A stretch of 64,000 bases of DNA, taken from NCBI GenBank assembly GCA_964057225.1, contig OZ059899.1, positions 3,038,001 to 3,102,000 of the forward strand, written 5' to 3'. This document shows positions 1 through 12,800 of the stretch, piece by piece. Both the position numbers and the translations under genes were made by a program. Within the stretch, counting starts at the first letter, position 1. Every line of letters begins with the position of its first letter. This DNA comes from Auanema rhodensis. Taxonomy: Eukaryota > Animalia > Nematoda. Below the pieces are notes generated by a model. That model was not told the DNA's origin. It ran no database searches and worked only from the letters and a program-made list of their open reading frames with translations.

Positions 1-62
1 GAAGAAATAATTTTTTCGTTGAATAACATTGTCCATCGTCTTTGCCTTGAAAAATGGAATCT

Positions 63-128
63 AAAAACATCTACTTTTTGCTAAATTATTCTGAAATTTT
101 TCGAAAAAATTTTTGTCAAAATGTTTTT
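63..128. repeat. Monomer-internal A/T-tract-rich imperfect palindrome
   Basis: aaaaacat (63-70) and atgttttt (121-128) enclose the perfect 12-bp palindrome tttttcgaaaaa (97-108). Confidence 0.75.
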
Positions 129-135
129 GGAAGCA

Positions 136-163
136 ATGTTGAGTGTACATGGAAACTCAACAT
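136..163. repeat. Monomer-internal inverted repeat 2 (9-bp arms, 10-nt loop)
   Basis: atgttgagt (136-144) and actcaacat (155-163) are perfect reverse complements; loop gtacatggaa. Confidence 0.9.
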
Positions 164-246
164 ACACTAATGCATCATTTTTCAAACGATCATAACTAAT
201 TTTTGTATTAAGCGTTTCTCAATGTAGTATAGTGCATTCGATGCGG

Positions 247-297
247 ATTTTTAAGCTGCGTCGATCTGTGTAATCAGATTTGCGCTAGCTTAAAAAT
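247..297. repeat. Monomer-internal inverted repeat 1 (long imperfect hairpin/cruciform candidate; present in essentially every copy)
   Basis: atttttaagct (247-257) and agcttaaaaat (287-297) are perfect 11-bp reverse complements. Inner arms: gcg (258-260)/cgc (283-285) and atctg (264-268)/cagat (275-279) around a 6-nt loop. Confidence 0.9.
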
Positions 298-314
298 GCA
301 CCGAGATATCAACT

Positions 315-336
315 GATATAAGTTCACACTTATATC
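315..336. repeat. Monomer-internal inverted repeat 3 (9-bp arms, 4-nt loop)
   Basis: gatataagt (315-323) and acttatatc (328-336); loop tcac. An overlapping alternative pairing is atatca (306-311)/tgatat (314-319). Confidence 0.9.
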
Positions 337-3300
337 CTCGATTTTCACCCTGAAGAAATAATTTTTTCGTTGAATAACATTGTCCATCGTCTTTGCCTTG
401 AAAAATGGAATCTAAAAACATCTACTTTTTGCTAAATTATTTTGAAATTTTTCGAAAAAATTTTTGTCAAAATGTTTTTGGAAGCAATGTTGAGTGTACA
501 TGGAAACTCAACATACACTAATGCATCATTTTTCAAACGATCATAACTAATTTTTGTATTAAGCGTTCCTCAATGTAGTATAGTGCATTCGATGCGGATT
601 TTTAAGCTGCGTCGATCTGTGTTATCAGATTTGCGCTAGCTTAAAAATGCACCGAGATATCAACTGATATAAGTTCACACTTATATCCTCGATTTTCACC
701 CTGAAGAAATAATTTTTCCGTTGAATAACATTGTCCATCGTCTTTGCCTTGAAAAATAGAATCTAAAAACATCTACTTTTTGCTAAATTATTTTGAAATT
801 TTTCGAAAAAATTTTTGTCAAAATGTTTTTGGAAGCAATGTTGAGTGTACATGGAAACTCAACATACACTAATGCATCATTTTTCAAACGATCATAACTA
901 ATTTTTGTATTAAGCGTTTCTCAATGTAGTATAAAGCATTCGATGCGGATTTTTAAGCTGCGTCGATCTGTGTTATCAGATTTGCGCTAGCTTAAAAATG
1001 CACCGAGATATCAACTGATATAAGTTCACACTTATATCCTCGATTTTCACCCTGAAGAATTAATTTTTTCGTTGAATAACATTGTCCATCGTCTTTGCCT
1101 TGAAAAATGGAATCTTAAAACATCTACTTTTTGCTAAATTATTTTGAAATTTTTCGAAAAAATTTTTGTCAAAATGTTTTTGGAAGCAATGTTGAGTGTA
1201 CATGGAAACTCAACATACACTAATGCATCATTTTTCAAACGATCATAACTAATTTTTGTATTAAGCGTTCCTCAATGTAGTATAGTGCATTCGATGCGGA
1301 TTTTTAAGCTGCGTCGATCTGTGTTATCAGATTTGCGCTAGCTTAAAAATGCACCGAGATATCAACTGATATAAGTTCACACTTATATCCTCGATTTTCA
1401 CCCTGAAGAAATAATTTTTCCGTTGAATAACATTGTCCATCGTCTTTGCCTTGAAAAATAGAATCTAAAAACATCTACTTTTTGCTAAATTATTTTGAAA
1501 TTTTTCGAAAACATTTTTGTCAAAATGTTTTTGGAAGCAATGTTGAGTGTACATGGAAACTCAACTTACACTAATGCATCATTTTTCAAACGATCATAAC
1601 TAATTTTTGTATTAAGCGTTTCTCAATGTAGTATAAAGCATTCGATGCGGATTTTTAAGCTGCGTCGATCTGTGTTATCAGATTTGCGCTAGCTTAAAAA
1701 TGCACCGAGATATCAACTGATATAAGTTCACACTTATATCCTCGATTTTCACCCTGAAGAATTAATTTTTTCGTTGAATAACATTGTCCATCGTCTTTGC
1801 CTTGAAAAATGGAATCTTAAAACATCTACTTTTTGCTAAATTATTTGAAATTTTTCGAAAAAATTTTTGTCAAAATGTTTTTGGAAGCAATGTTGAGTGT
1901 ACATGGAAACTCAACATACACTAATGCATCATTTTTCAAACGATCATAACTAATTTTTGTATCAAGTGTTTCTCAATGTAGTATAGTGCATTCGATGCGG
2001 ATTTTTAAGCTGCGTCGATCTGTGTTATCAGATTTGCGCTAGCTTAAAAATGCACCGAGATATCAACTGATATAAGTTCACACTTATATCCTCGATTTTC
2101 ACCCTGAAGAAATAATTTTTTCGTTGAATAACATTGTCCATCGTCTTTGCCTTGAAAAAAGGAATCTAAAAACATCTACTTTTTGCTAAATTATTTTGAA
2201 ATTTTTCGAAAAAATTTTTGTCAAAATGTTTTTGGAAGCAATGTTGAGTGTACATGGAAACTCAACATACACTAATGCATCATTTTTCAAACGATCATAA
2301 CTAATTTTTGTATTAAGCGTTTCTCAATGTAGTATAGTGCATTCGATGCGGATTTTTAAGCTGCGTCGATCTGTGTTATCAGATTTGCGCTAGCTTAAAA
2401 ATGCACCGAGATATCAACTGATATAAGTTCACACTTATATCCTCGATTTTCACCCTGAAGAATTAATTTTTTCGTTGAATAACATTGTCCATCGTCTTTG
2501 CCTTGAAAAATGGAATCTTAAAACATCTACTTTTTGCTAAATTATTTTGAAATTTTTCGAAAAAATTTTTGTCAAAATGTTTTTGGAAGCAATGTTGAGT
2601 GTACATGGAAACTCAACATACACTAATGCATCATTTTTCAAACGATCATAACTAATTTTTGTATCAAGTGTTTCTCAATGTAGTATAGTGCATTCGATGC
2701 GGATTTTTAAGCTGCGTCGATCTGTGTTATCAGATTTGCGCTAGCTTAAAAATGCACCGAGATATCAACTGATATAAGTTCACACTTATATCCTCGATTT
2801 TCACCCTGAAGAAATAATTTTTTCGTTGAATAACATTGTCCATCGTCTTTGCCTTGAAAAAAGGAATCTAAAAACATCTACTTTTTGCTAAATTATTTTG
2901 AAATTTTTCGAAAAAATTTTTGTCAAAATGTTTTTGGAAGCAATGTTGAGTGTACATGGAAACTCAACATACACTAATGCATCATTTTTCAAACGATCAT
3001 AACTAATTTTTGTATTAAGCGTTTCTCAATGTAGTATAATGCATTCGATGCGGATTTTTAAGCTGCGTCGATCTGTGTTATCAGATTTGCGCTAGCTTAA
3101 AAATGCACCGAGATATCAACTGATATAAGTTCACACTTATATCCTCGATTTTCACCCTGAAGAATTAATTTTTTCGTTGAATAACATTGTCCATCGTCTT
3201 TGCCTTGAAAAATGGAATCTTAAAACATCTACTTTTTGCTAAATTATTTTGAAATTTTTCGAAAAAATTTTTGTCAAAATGTTTTTGGAAGCAATGTTGA

Positions 3301-6300
3301 GTGTACATGGAAACTCAACATACACTAATGCATCATTTTTCAAACGATCATAACTAATTTTTGTATCAAGTGTTTCTCAATGTAGTATAGTGCATTCGAT
3401 GCGGATTTTTAAGCTGCGTCGATCTGTGTTATCAGATTTGCGCTAGCTTAAAAATGCACCGAGATATCAACTGATATAAGTTCACACTTATATCCTCGAT
3501 TTTCACCCTGAAGAAATAATTTTTTCGTTGAATAACATTGTCCATCGTCTTTGCCTTGAAAAAAGGAATCTAAAAACATCTACTTTTTGCTAAATTATTT
3601 TGAAATTTTTCGAAAAAATTTTTGTCAAAATGTTTTTGGAAGCAATGTTGAGTGTACATGGAAACTCAACATACACTAATGCATCATTTTTCAAACGATC
3701 ATAACTAATTTTTGTATCAAGTGTTTCTCAATGTAGTATAGTGCATTCGATGCGGATTTTTAAGCTGCGTCGATCTGTGTTATCAGATTTGCGCTAGCTT
3801 AAAAATGCACCGAGATATCAACTGATATAAGTTCACACTTATATCCTCGATTTTCACCCTGAAGAAATAATTTTTTCGTTGAATAACATTGTCCATCGTC
3901 TTTGCCTTGAAAAAAGGAATCTAAAAACATCTACTTTTTGCTAAATTATTTTGAAATTTTTCGAAAAAATTTTTGTCAAAATGTTTTTGGAAGCAATGTT
4001 GAGTGTACATGGAAACTCAACATACACTAATGCATCATTTTTCAAACGATCATAACTAATTTTTGTATCAAGTGTTTCTCAATGTAGTATAGTGCATTCG
4101 ATGCGGATTTTTAAGCTGCGTCGATCTGTGTTATCAGATTTGCGCTAGCTTAAAAATGCACCGAGATATCAACTGATATAAGTTCACACTTATATCCTCG
4201 ATTTTCACCCTGAAGAAATAATTTTTTCGTTGAATAACATTGTCCATCGTCTTTGCCTTGAAAAAAGGAATCTAAAAACATCTACTTTTTGCTAAATTAT
4301 TTTGAAATTTTTCGAAAAAATTTTTGTCAAAATGTTTTTGGAAGCAATGTTGAGTGTACATGGAAACTCAACATACACTAATGCATCATTTTTCAAACGA
4401 TCATAACTAATTTTTGTATTAAGCGTTTCTCAATGTAGTATAATGCATTCGATGCGGATTTTTAAGCTGCGTCGATCTGTGTTATCAGATTTGCGCTAGC
4501 TTAAAAATGCACCGAGATATCAACTGATATAAGTTCACACTTATATCCTCGATTTTCACCCTGAAGAATTAATTTTTTCGTTGAATAACATTGTCCATCG
4601 TCTTTGCCTTGAAAAATGGAATCTTAAAACATCTACTTTTTGCTAAATTATTTTGAAATTTTTCGAAAAAATTTTTGTCAAAATGTTTTTGGAAGCAATG
4701 TTGAGTGTACATGGAAACTCAACATACACTAATGCATCATTTTTCAAACGATCATAACTAATTTTTGTATCAAGTGTTTCTCAATGTAGTATAGTGCATT
4801 CGATGCGGATTTTTAAGCTGCGTCGATCTGTGTTATCAGATTTGCGCTAGCTTAAAAATGCACCGAGATATCAACTGATATAAGTTCACACTTATATCCT
4901 CGATTTTCACCCTGAAGAAATAATTTTTTCGTTGAATAACATTGTCCATCGTCTTTGCCTTGAAAAAAGGAATCTAAAAACATCTACTTTTTGCTAAATT
5001 ATTTTGAAATTTTTCGAAAAAATTTTTGTCAAAATGTTTTTGGAAGCAATGTTGAGTGTACATGGAAACTCAACATACACTAATGCATCATTTTTCAAAC
5101 GATCATAACTAATTTTTGTATCAAGTGTTTCTCAATGTAGTATAGTGCATTCGATGCGGATTTTTAAGCTGCGTCGATCTGTGTTATCAGATTTGCGCTA
5201 GCTTAAAAATGCACCGAGATATCAACTGATATAAGTTCACACTTATATCCTCGATTTTCACCCTGAAGAATTAATTTTTTCGTTGAATAACATTGTCCAT
5301 CGTCTTTGCCTTGAAAAATGGAATCTTAAAACATCTACTTTTTGCTAAATTATTTTGAAATTTTTCGAAAAAATTTTTGTCAAAATGTTTTTGGAAGCAA
5401 TGTTGAGTGTACATGGAAACTCAACATACACTAATGCATCATTTTTCAAACGATCATAACTAATTTTTGTATCAAGTGTTTCTCAATGTAGTATAGTGCA
5501 TTCGATGCGGATTTTTAAGCTGCGTCGATCTGTGTTATCAGATTTGCGCTAGCTTAAAAATGCACCGAGATATCAACTGATATAAGTTCACACTTATATC
5601 CTCGATTTTCACCCTGAAGAAATAATTTTTTCGTTGAATAACATTGTCCATCGTCTTTGCCTTGAAAAAAGGAATCTAAAAACATCTACTTTTTGCTAAA
5701 TTATTTTGAAATTTTTCGAAAAAATTTTTGTCAAAATGTTTTTGGAAGCAATGTTGAGTGTACATGGAAACTCAACATACACTAATGCATCATTTTTCAA
5801 ACGATCATAACTAATTTTTGTATCAAGTGTTTCTCAATGTAGTATAGTGCATTCGATGCGGATTTTTAAGCTGCGTCGATCTGTGTTATCAGATTTGCGC
5901 TAGCTTAAAAATGCACCGAGATATCAACTGATATAAGTTCACACTTATATCCTCGATTTTCACCCTGAAGAAATAATTTTTTCGTTGAATAACATTGTCC
6001 ATCGTCTTTGCCTTGAAAAAAGGAATCTAAAAACATCTACTTTTTGCTAAATTATTTTGAAATTTTTCGAAAAAATTTTTGTCAAAATGTTTTTGGAAGC
6101 AATGTTGAGTGTACATGGAAACTCAACATACACTAATGCATCAATTTTCAAACGATCATAACTAATTTTTGTATCAAGTGTTTCTCAATGTAGTATAGTG
6201 CATTCGATGCGGATTTTTAAGCTGCGTCGATCTGTGTTATCAGATTTGCGCTAGCTTAAAAATGCACCGAGATATCAACTGATATAAGTTCACACTTATA

Positions 6301-9300
6301 TCCTCGATTTTCACCCTGAAGAAATAATTTTTCCGTTGAATAACATTGTCCATCGTCTTTGCCTCGAAAAATGGAATCTTAAAACATCTACTTTTTGCTA
6401 AATTATTTTGAAATTTTTCGAAAAAATTTTTGTCAAAATGTTTTTGGAAGCAATGTTGAGTGTACATGGAAACTCAACATACACTAATGCATCATTTTTC
6501 AAACGATCATAACTAATTTTTGTATTAAGCGTTTCTCAATGTAGTATAGTGCATTCGATGCGGATTTTTAAGCTGCGTCGATCTGTGTTATCAGATTTGC
6601 GCTAGCTTAAAAATGCACCGAGATATCAACTGATATAAGTTCACACTTATATCCTCGATTTTCACCCTGAAGAAATAATTTTTCTGTTGAATAACATTGT
6701 CCATCGTCTTTGCCTTGAAAAATAGAATCTAAAAACATCTACTTTTTGCTAAATTATTTTGAAATTTTTCGAAAAAATTTTTGTCAAAATGTTTTTGGAA
6801 GCAATGTTGAGTGTACATGGAAACTCAACATACACTAATGCATCATTTTTCAAACGATCATAACTAATTTTTGTATTAAGCGTTTCTCAATGTAGTATAG
6901 TGCATTCGATGCGGATTTTTAAGCTGCGTCGATCTGTGTTATCAGATTTGCGCTAGCTTAAAAATGCACCGAGATATCAACTGATATAAGTTCACACTTA
7001 TATCCTCGATTTTCACCCTGAAGAATTAATTTTTTCGTTGAATAACATTGTCCATCGTCTTTGCCTTGAAAAATGGAATCTCAAAACATCTACTTTTTGC
7101 TAAATTATTTTGAAATTTTTCGAAAAAATTTTTGTCAAAATGTTTTTGGAAGCAATGTTGAGTGTACATGGAAACTCAACATACACTAATGCATCATTTT
7201 TCAAACGATCATAACTAATTTTTGTATTAAGCGTTTCTCAATGTAGTATAGTGCATTCGATGCGGATTTTTAAGCTGCGTCGATCTGTGTTATCAGATTT
7301 GCGCTAGCTTAAAAATGCACCGAGATATCAACTGATATAAGTTCACACTTATATCCTCGATTTTCACCCTGAAGAAATAATTTTTCCGTTGAATAACATT
7401 GTCCATCGTCTTTGCCTTGAAAAATAGAATCTAAAAACATCTACTTTTTGCTAAATTATTTTGAAATTTTTCGAAAAAATTTTTGTCAAAATGTTTTTGG
7501 AAGCAATGTTGAGTGTACATGGAAACTCAACATACACTAATGCATCATTTTTCAAACGATCATAACTAATTTTTGTATTAAGCGTTTCTCAATGTAGTAT
7601 AGTGCATTCGATGCGGATTCTTAAGCTGCGTCGATCTGTGTTATCAGATTTGCGCTAGCTTAAAAATGCACCGAGATATCAACTGATATAAGTTCACACT
7701 TATATCCTCGATTTTCACCCTGAAGAATTAATTTTTTCGTTGAATAACATTGTCCATCGTCTTTGCCTTGAAAAATGGAATCTTAAAACATCTACTTTTT
7801 GCTAAATTATTTTGAAATTTTTCGAAAAAATTTTTGTCAAAATGTTTTTGGAAGCAATGTTGAGTGTACATGGAAACTCAACATACACTAATGCATCATT
7901 TTTCAAACGATCATAACTAATTTTTGTATTAAGCGTTTCTCAATGTAGTATAGTGCATTCGATGCGGATTTTTAAGCTGCGTCGATCTGTGTTATCAGAT
8001 TTGCGCTAGCTTAAAAATGCACCGAGATATCAACTGATATAAGTTCACACATATATACCCGATTTTCACCCTGAAGAATTAATTTTTTCGTTGAATAACA
8101 TTGTCCATCGTTTTTGCCTTGAAAAAAGGAATCTAAAAACATCTACTTTTTGCTAAATTATTTTGAAATGTTTCGAAAAAATTTTTGTCAAAATGTTTTT
8201 GGAAGCAATGTTGAGTGTACATGGAAACTCAACATACACTAATGCATCATTTTTCAAACGATCATAACTAATTTTTGTATTAAGCGTTTCTCAATGTAGT
8301 ATAGTGCATTCGATGCGGATTTTTAAGCTGCGTCGATCTGTGTAATCAGATTTGCGCTAGCTTAAAAATGCACCGAGATATCAACTGATATAAGTTCACA
8401 CTTATATCCTCGATTTTCACCCTGAAGAAATAATTTTTTCGTTGAATAACATTGTCCATCGTCTTTGCCTTGAAAAATGGAATCTAAAAACATCTACTTT
8501 TTGCTAAATTATTTTGAAATTTTTCGAAAAAATTTTTGTCAAAATGTTTTTGGAAGCAATGTTGAGTGTACATGGAAACTCAACATACACTAATGCATCA
8601 TTTTTCAAACGATCATAACTAATTTTTGTATTAAGCGTTCCTCAATGTAGTATAGTGCATTCGATGCGGATTTTTAAGCTGCGTCGATCTGTGTTATCAG
8701 ATTTGCGCTAGCTTAAAAATGCACCGAGATATCAACTGATATAAGTTCACACTTATATCCTCGATTTTCACCCTGAAGAAATAATTTTTTCGTTGAATAA
8801 CATTGTCCATCGTCTTTGCCTTGAAAAAAGGAATCTAAAAACATCTACTTTTTGCTAAATTATTTTGAAATTTTTCGAAAAAATTTTTGTCAAAATGTTT
8901 TTGGAAGCAATGTTGAGTGTACATGGAAACTCAACATACACTAATGCATCATTTTTCAAACGATCATAACTAATTTTTGTATTAAGCGTTTCTCAATGTA
9001 GTATAGTGCATTCGATGCGGATTTTTAAGCTGCGTCGATCTGTGTTATCAGATTTGCGCTAGCTTAAAAATGCACCGAGATATCAACTGATATAAGTTCA
9101 CACTTATATCCTCGATTTTCACCCTGAAGAAATAATTTTTTCGTTGAATAACATTGTCCATCGTCTTTGCCTTGAAAAATGGAATCTAAAAACATCTACG
9201 TTTTGCTAAATTATTTTGAAATTTTTCGAAAAAATTTTTGTCAAAATGTTTTTGGAAGCAATGTTGAGTGTACATGGAAACTCAACATACACTAATGCAT

Positions 9301-9827
9301 CATTTTTCAAACGATCATAACTAATTTTTGTATTAAGCGTTTCTCAATGTAGTATAGTGCATTCGATGCGGATTTTTAAGCTGCGTCGATCTGTGTTATC
9401 AGATTTGCGCTAGCTTAAAAATGCACCGAGATATCAACTGATATAAGTTCACACTTATATCCTCGATTTTCACCCTGAAGAAATAATTTTTTCGTTGAAT
9501 AACATTGTCCATCGTCTTTGCCTTGAAAAATGGAATCTAAAAACATCTACGTTTTGCTAAATTATTTTGAAATTTTTCGAAAAAATTTTTGTCAAAATGT
9601 TTTTGGAAGCAATGTTGAGTGTACATGGAAACTCAACATACACTAATGCATCATTTTTCAAACGATCATAACTAATTTTTGTATTAAGCGTTTCTCAATG
9701 TAGTATAGTGCATTCGATGCGGATTTTTAAGCTGCGTCGATCTGTGTTATCAGATTTGCGCTAGCTTAAAAATGCACCGAGATATCAACTGATATAAGTT
9801 CACACTTATATCCTCGATTTTCACCCT

Positions 9828-12800
9828 GAAGAAATAATTTTTTCGTTGAATAACATTGTCCATCGTCTTTGCCTTGAAAAAAGGAATCTAAAAACATCTA
9901 CTTTTTGCTAAATTATTTTGAAATTTTTCGAAAAAATTTTTGTCAAAATGTTTTTGGAAGCAATGTTGAGTGTACATGGAAACTCAACACACACTAATGC
10001 ATCATTTTTCAAACGATCATAACTAATTTTTGTATTAAGCGTTTCTCAATGTAGTATAGTACATTCGATGCGGATTTGTAAGCTGCGTCGATCTGTGTTA
10101 TCAGATTTGCGCTAGCTTAAAAATGCACCGAGATATCAACTGATATAAGTTCACACTTATATCCTCGATTTTCACCCTGAAGAAATAATTTTTTCGTTGA
10201 ATAACATTGTCCATCGTCTTTGCCTTGAAAAAAGGAATCTAAAAACATCTACTTTTTGCTAAATTATTCTGAAATTTTTCGAAAAAATTTTTGTCAAAAT
10301 GTTTTTGGAAGCAATGTTGAGTGTACATGGAAACTCAACATACACTAATGCATCATTTTTCAAACGATCATAACTAATTTTTGTATTAAGCGTTTCTCAA
10401 TGTAGTATAGTGCATTCGATGCGGATTTTTAAGCTGCGTCGATCTGTGTTATCAGATTTGCGCTAGCTTAAAAATGCACCGAGATATCAACTGATATAAG
10501 TTCACACATATATACCCGATTTTCACCCTGAAGAATTAATTTTTTCGTTGAATAACATTGTCCATCGTTTTTGCCTTGAAAAAAGGAATCTAAAAACATC
10601 TACTTTTTGCTAAATTATTTTGAAATGTTTCGAAAAAATTTTTGTCAAAATGTTTTTGGAAGCAATGTTGAGTGTACATGGAAACTCAACATACACTAAT
10701 GCATCATTTTTCAAACGATCATAACTAATTTTTGTATTAAGCGTTTCTCAATGTAGTATAGTGCATTCGATGCGGATTTTTAAGCTGCGTCGATCTGTGT
10801 AATCAGATTTGCGCTAGCTTAAAAATGCACCGAGATATCAACTGATATAAGTTCACACTTATATCCTCGATTTTCACCCTGAAGAAATAATTTTTTCGTT
10901 GAATAACATTGTCCATCGTCTTTGCCTTGAAAAATGGAATCTAAAAACATCTACTTTTTGCTAAATTATTTTGAAATTTTTCGAAAAAATTTTTGTCAAA
11001 ATGTTTTTGGAAGCAATGTTGAGTGTACATGGAAACTCAACATACACTAATGCATCATTTTTCAAACGATCATAACTAATTTTTGTATTAAGCGTTTCTC
11101 AATGTAGTATAGTGCATTCGATGCGGATTTTTAAGCTGCGTCGATCTGTGTTATCAGATTTGCGCTAGCTTAAAAATGCACCGAGATATCAACTGATATA
11201 AGTTCACACTTATATCCTCGATTTTCACCCTGAAGAAATAATTTTTTCGTTGAATAACATTGTCCATCGTCTTTGCCTTGAAAAAAGGAATCTAAAAACA
11301 TCTACTTTTTGCTAAATTATTTTGAAATTTTTCGAAAAAATTTTTGTCAAAATGTTTTTGGAAGCAATGTTGAGTGTACATGGAAACTCAACACACACTA
11401 ATGCATCATTTTTCAAACGATCATAACTAATTTTTGTATTAAGCGTTTCTCAATGTAGTATAGTGCATTCGATGCGGATTTGTAAGCTGCGTCGATCTGT
11501 GTTATCAGATTTGCGCTAGCTTAAAAATGCACCGAGATATCAACTGATATAAGTTCACACTTATATCCTCGATTTTCACCCTGAAGAAATAATTTTTTCG
11601 TTGAATAACATTGTCCATCGTCTTTGCCTTGAAAAAAGGAATCTAAAAACATCTACTTTTTGCTAAATTATTCTGAAATTTTTCGAAAAAATTTTTGTCA
11701 AAATGTTTTTGGAAGCAATGTTGAGTGTACATGGAAACTCAACATACACTAATGCATCATTTTTCAAACGATCATAACTAATTTTTGTATTAAGCGTTTC
11801 TCAATGTAGTATAGTGCATTCGATGCGGATTTTTAAGCTGCGTCGATCTGTGTTATCAGATTTGCGCTAGCTTAAAAATGCACCGAGATATCAACTGATA
11901 TAAGTTCACACATATATACCCGATTTTCACCCTGAAGAATTAATTTTTTCGTTGAATAACATTGTCCATCGTTTTTGCCTTGAAAAAAGGAATCTAAAAA
12001 CATCTACTTTTTGCTAAATTATTTTGAAATGTTTCGAAAAAATTTTTGTCAAAATGTTTTTGGAAGCAATGTTGAGTGTACATGGAAACTCAACATACAC
12101 TAATGCATCATTTTTCAAACGATCATAACTAATTTTTGTATTAAGCGTTTCTCAATGTAGTATAGTGCATTCGATGCGGATTTTTAAGCTGCGTCGATCT
12201 GTGTAATCAGATTTGCGCTAGCTTAAAAATGCACCGAGATATCAACTGATATAAGTTCACACTTATATCCTCGATTTTCACCCTGAAGAAATAATTTTTT
12301 CGTTGAATAACATTGTCCATCGTCTTTGCCTTGAAAAATGGAATCTAAAAACATCTACTTTTTGCTAAATTATTTTGAAATTTTTCGAAAAAATTTTTGT
12401 CAAAATGTTTTTGGAAGCAATGTTGAGTGTACATGGAAACTCAACATACACTAATGCATCATTTTTCAAACGATCATAACTAATTTTTGTATTAAGCGTT
12501 TCTCAATGTAGTATAGTGCATTCGATGCGGATTTTTAAGCTGCGTCGATCTGTGTTATCAGATTTGCGCTAGCTTAAAAATGCACCGAGATATCAACTGA
12601 TATAAGTTCACACTTATGTCCTCGATTTTCACCCTGAAGAAATAATTTTTTCGTTGAATAACATTGTCCATCGTCTTTGCCTTGAAAAAAGGAATCTAAA
12701 AACATCTACTTTTTGCTAAATTATTTTGAAATTTTTCGAAAAAATTTTTGTCAAAATGTTTTTGGAAGCAATGTTGAGTGTACATGGAAACTCAACATAC

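Larger units (their letters stand above)
1..351 (+). repeat. Representative 351-bp monomer (phase arbitrary), ~32% GC, 12 CpGs
   Basis: The next copy starts at 352 (ccct|gaagaaata). Hand count gives 111 G+C in 351 bp. Confidence 0.97.

Noticed and set aside
14-30. CENP-B box-like motif (tttcgttgaataacatt)
   Set aside because: It matches only the TTCGTTG half of YTTCGTTGGAARCGGGA; the essential CGGG is missing.
247-336. Selection on hairpins shown by compensatory mutations; bacterial terminators
   Set aside because: Stem variants (gatcAg, atcaAa, aactAaac, cacAtata) occur without compensating changes. There are no genes to terminate and the stems are AT-rich.
1-351. Tandem RNA gene unit (5S rRNA, tRNA, snRNA, spliced leader)
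   Set aside because: No recognisable 5S, tRNA cloverleaf/A-B box or SL sequence on either strand.
1-351. Internal ~175-bp dimer structure of the monomer
   Set aside because: Only a weak taattttt similarity between ~8 and ~197; the two halves do not align convincingly by eye.
1-351. Identity with known ~360-bp insect satellites (Drosophila 1.688/359-bp, Tribolium TCAST)
   Set aside because: Only length and AT content are similar; I recognise no sequence match and cannot run a search.
1841-1850. 1-bp deletion (ttatttgaaa) as a meaningful variant
   Set aside because: It is a singleton in a T homopolymer and cannot be distinguished from sequencing or consensus error.
6240-6467. 75-aa minus-strand ORF (MYTQHCFQ...)
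   Set aside because: It lies wholly within satellite monomers. The same frame is closed by TAG or TAA in other copies and is open here only through a rare allele combination. The F/K/N-rich composition reflects A/T tracts and there is no recognisable domain.
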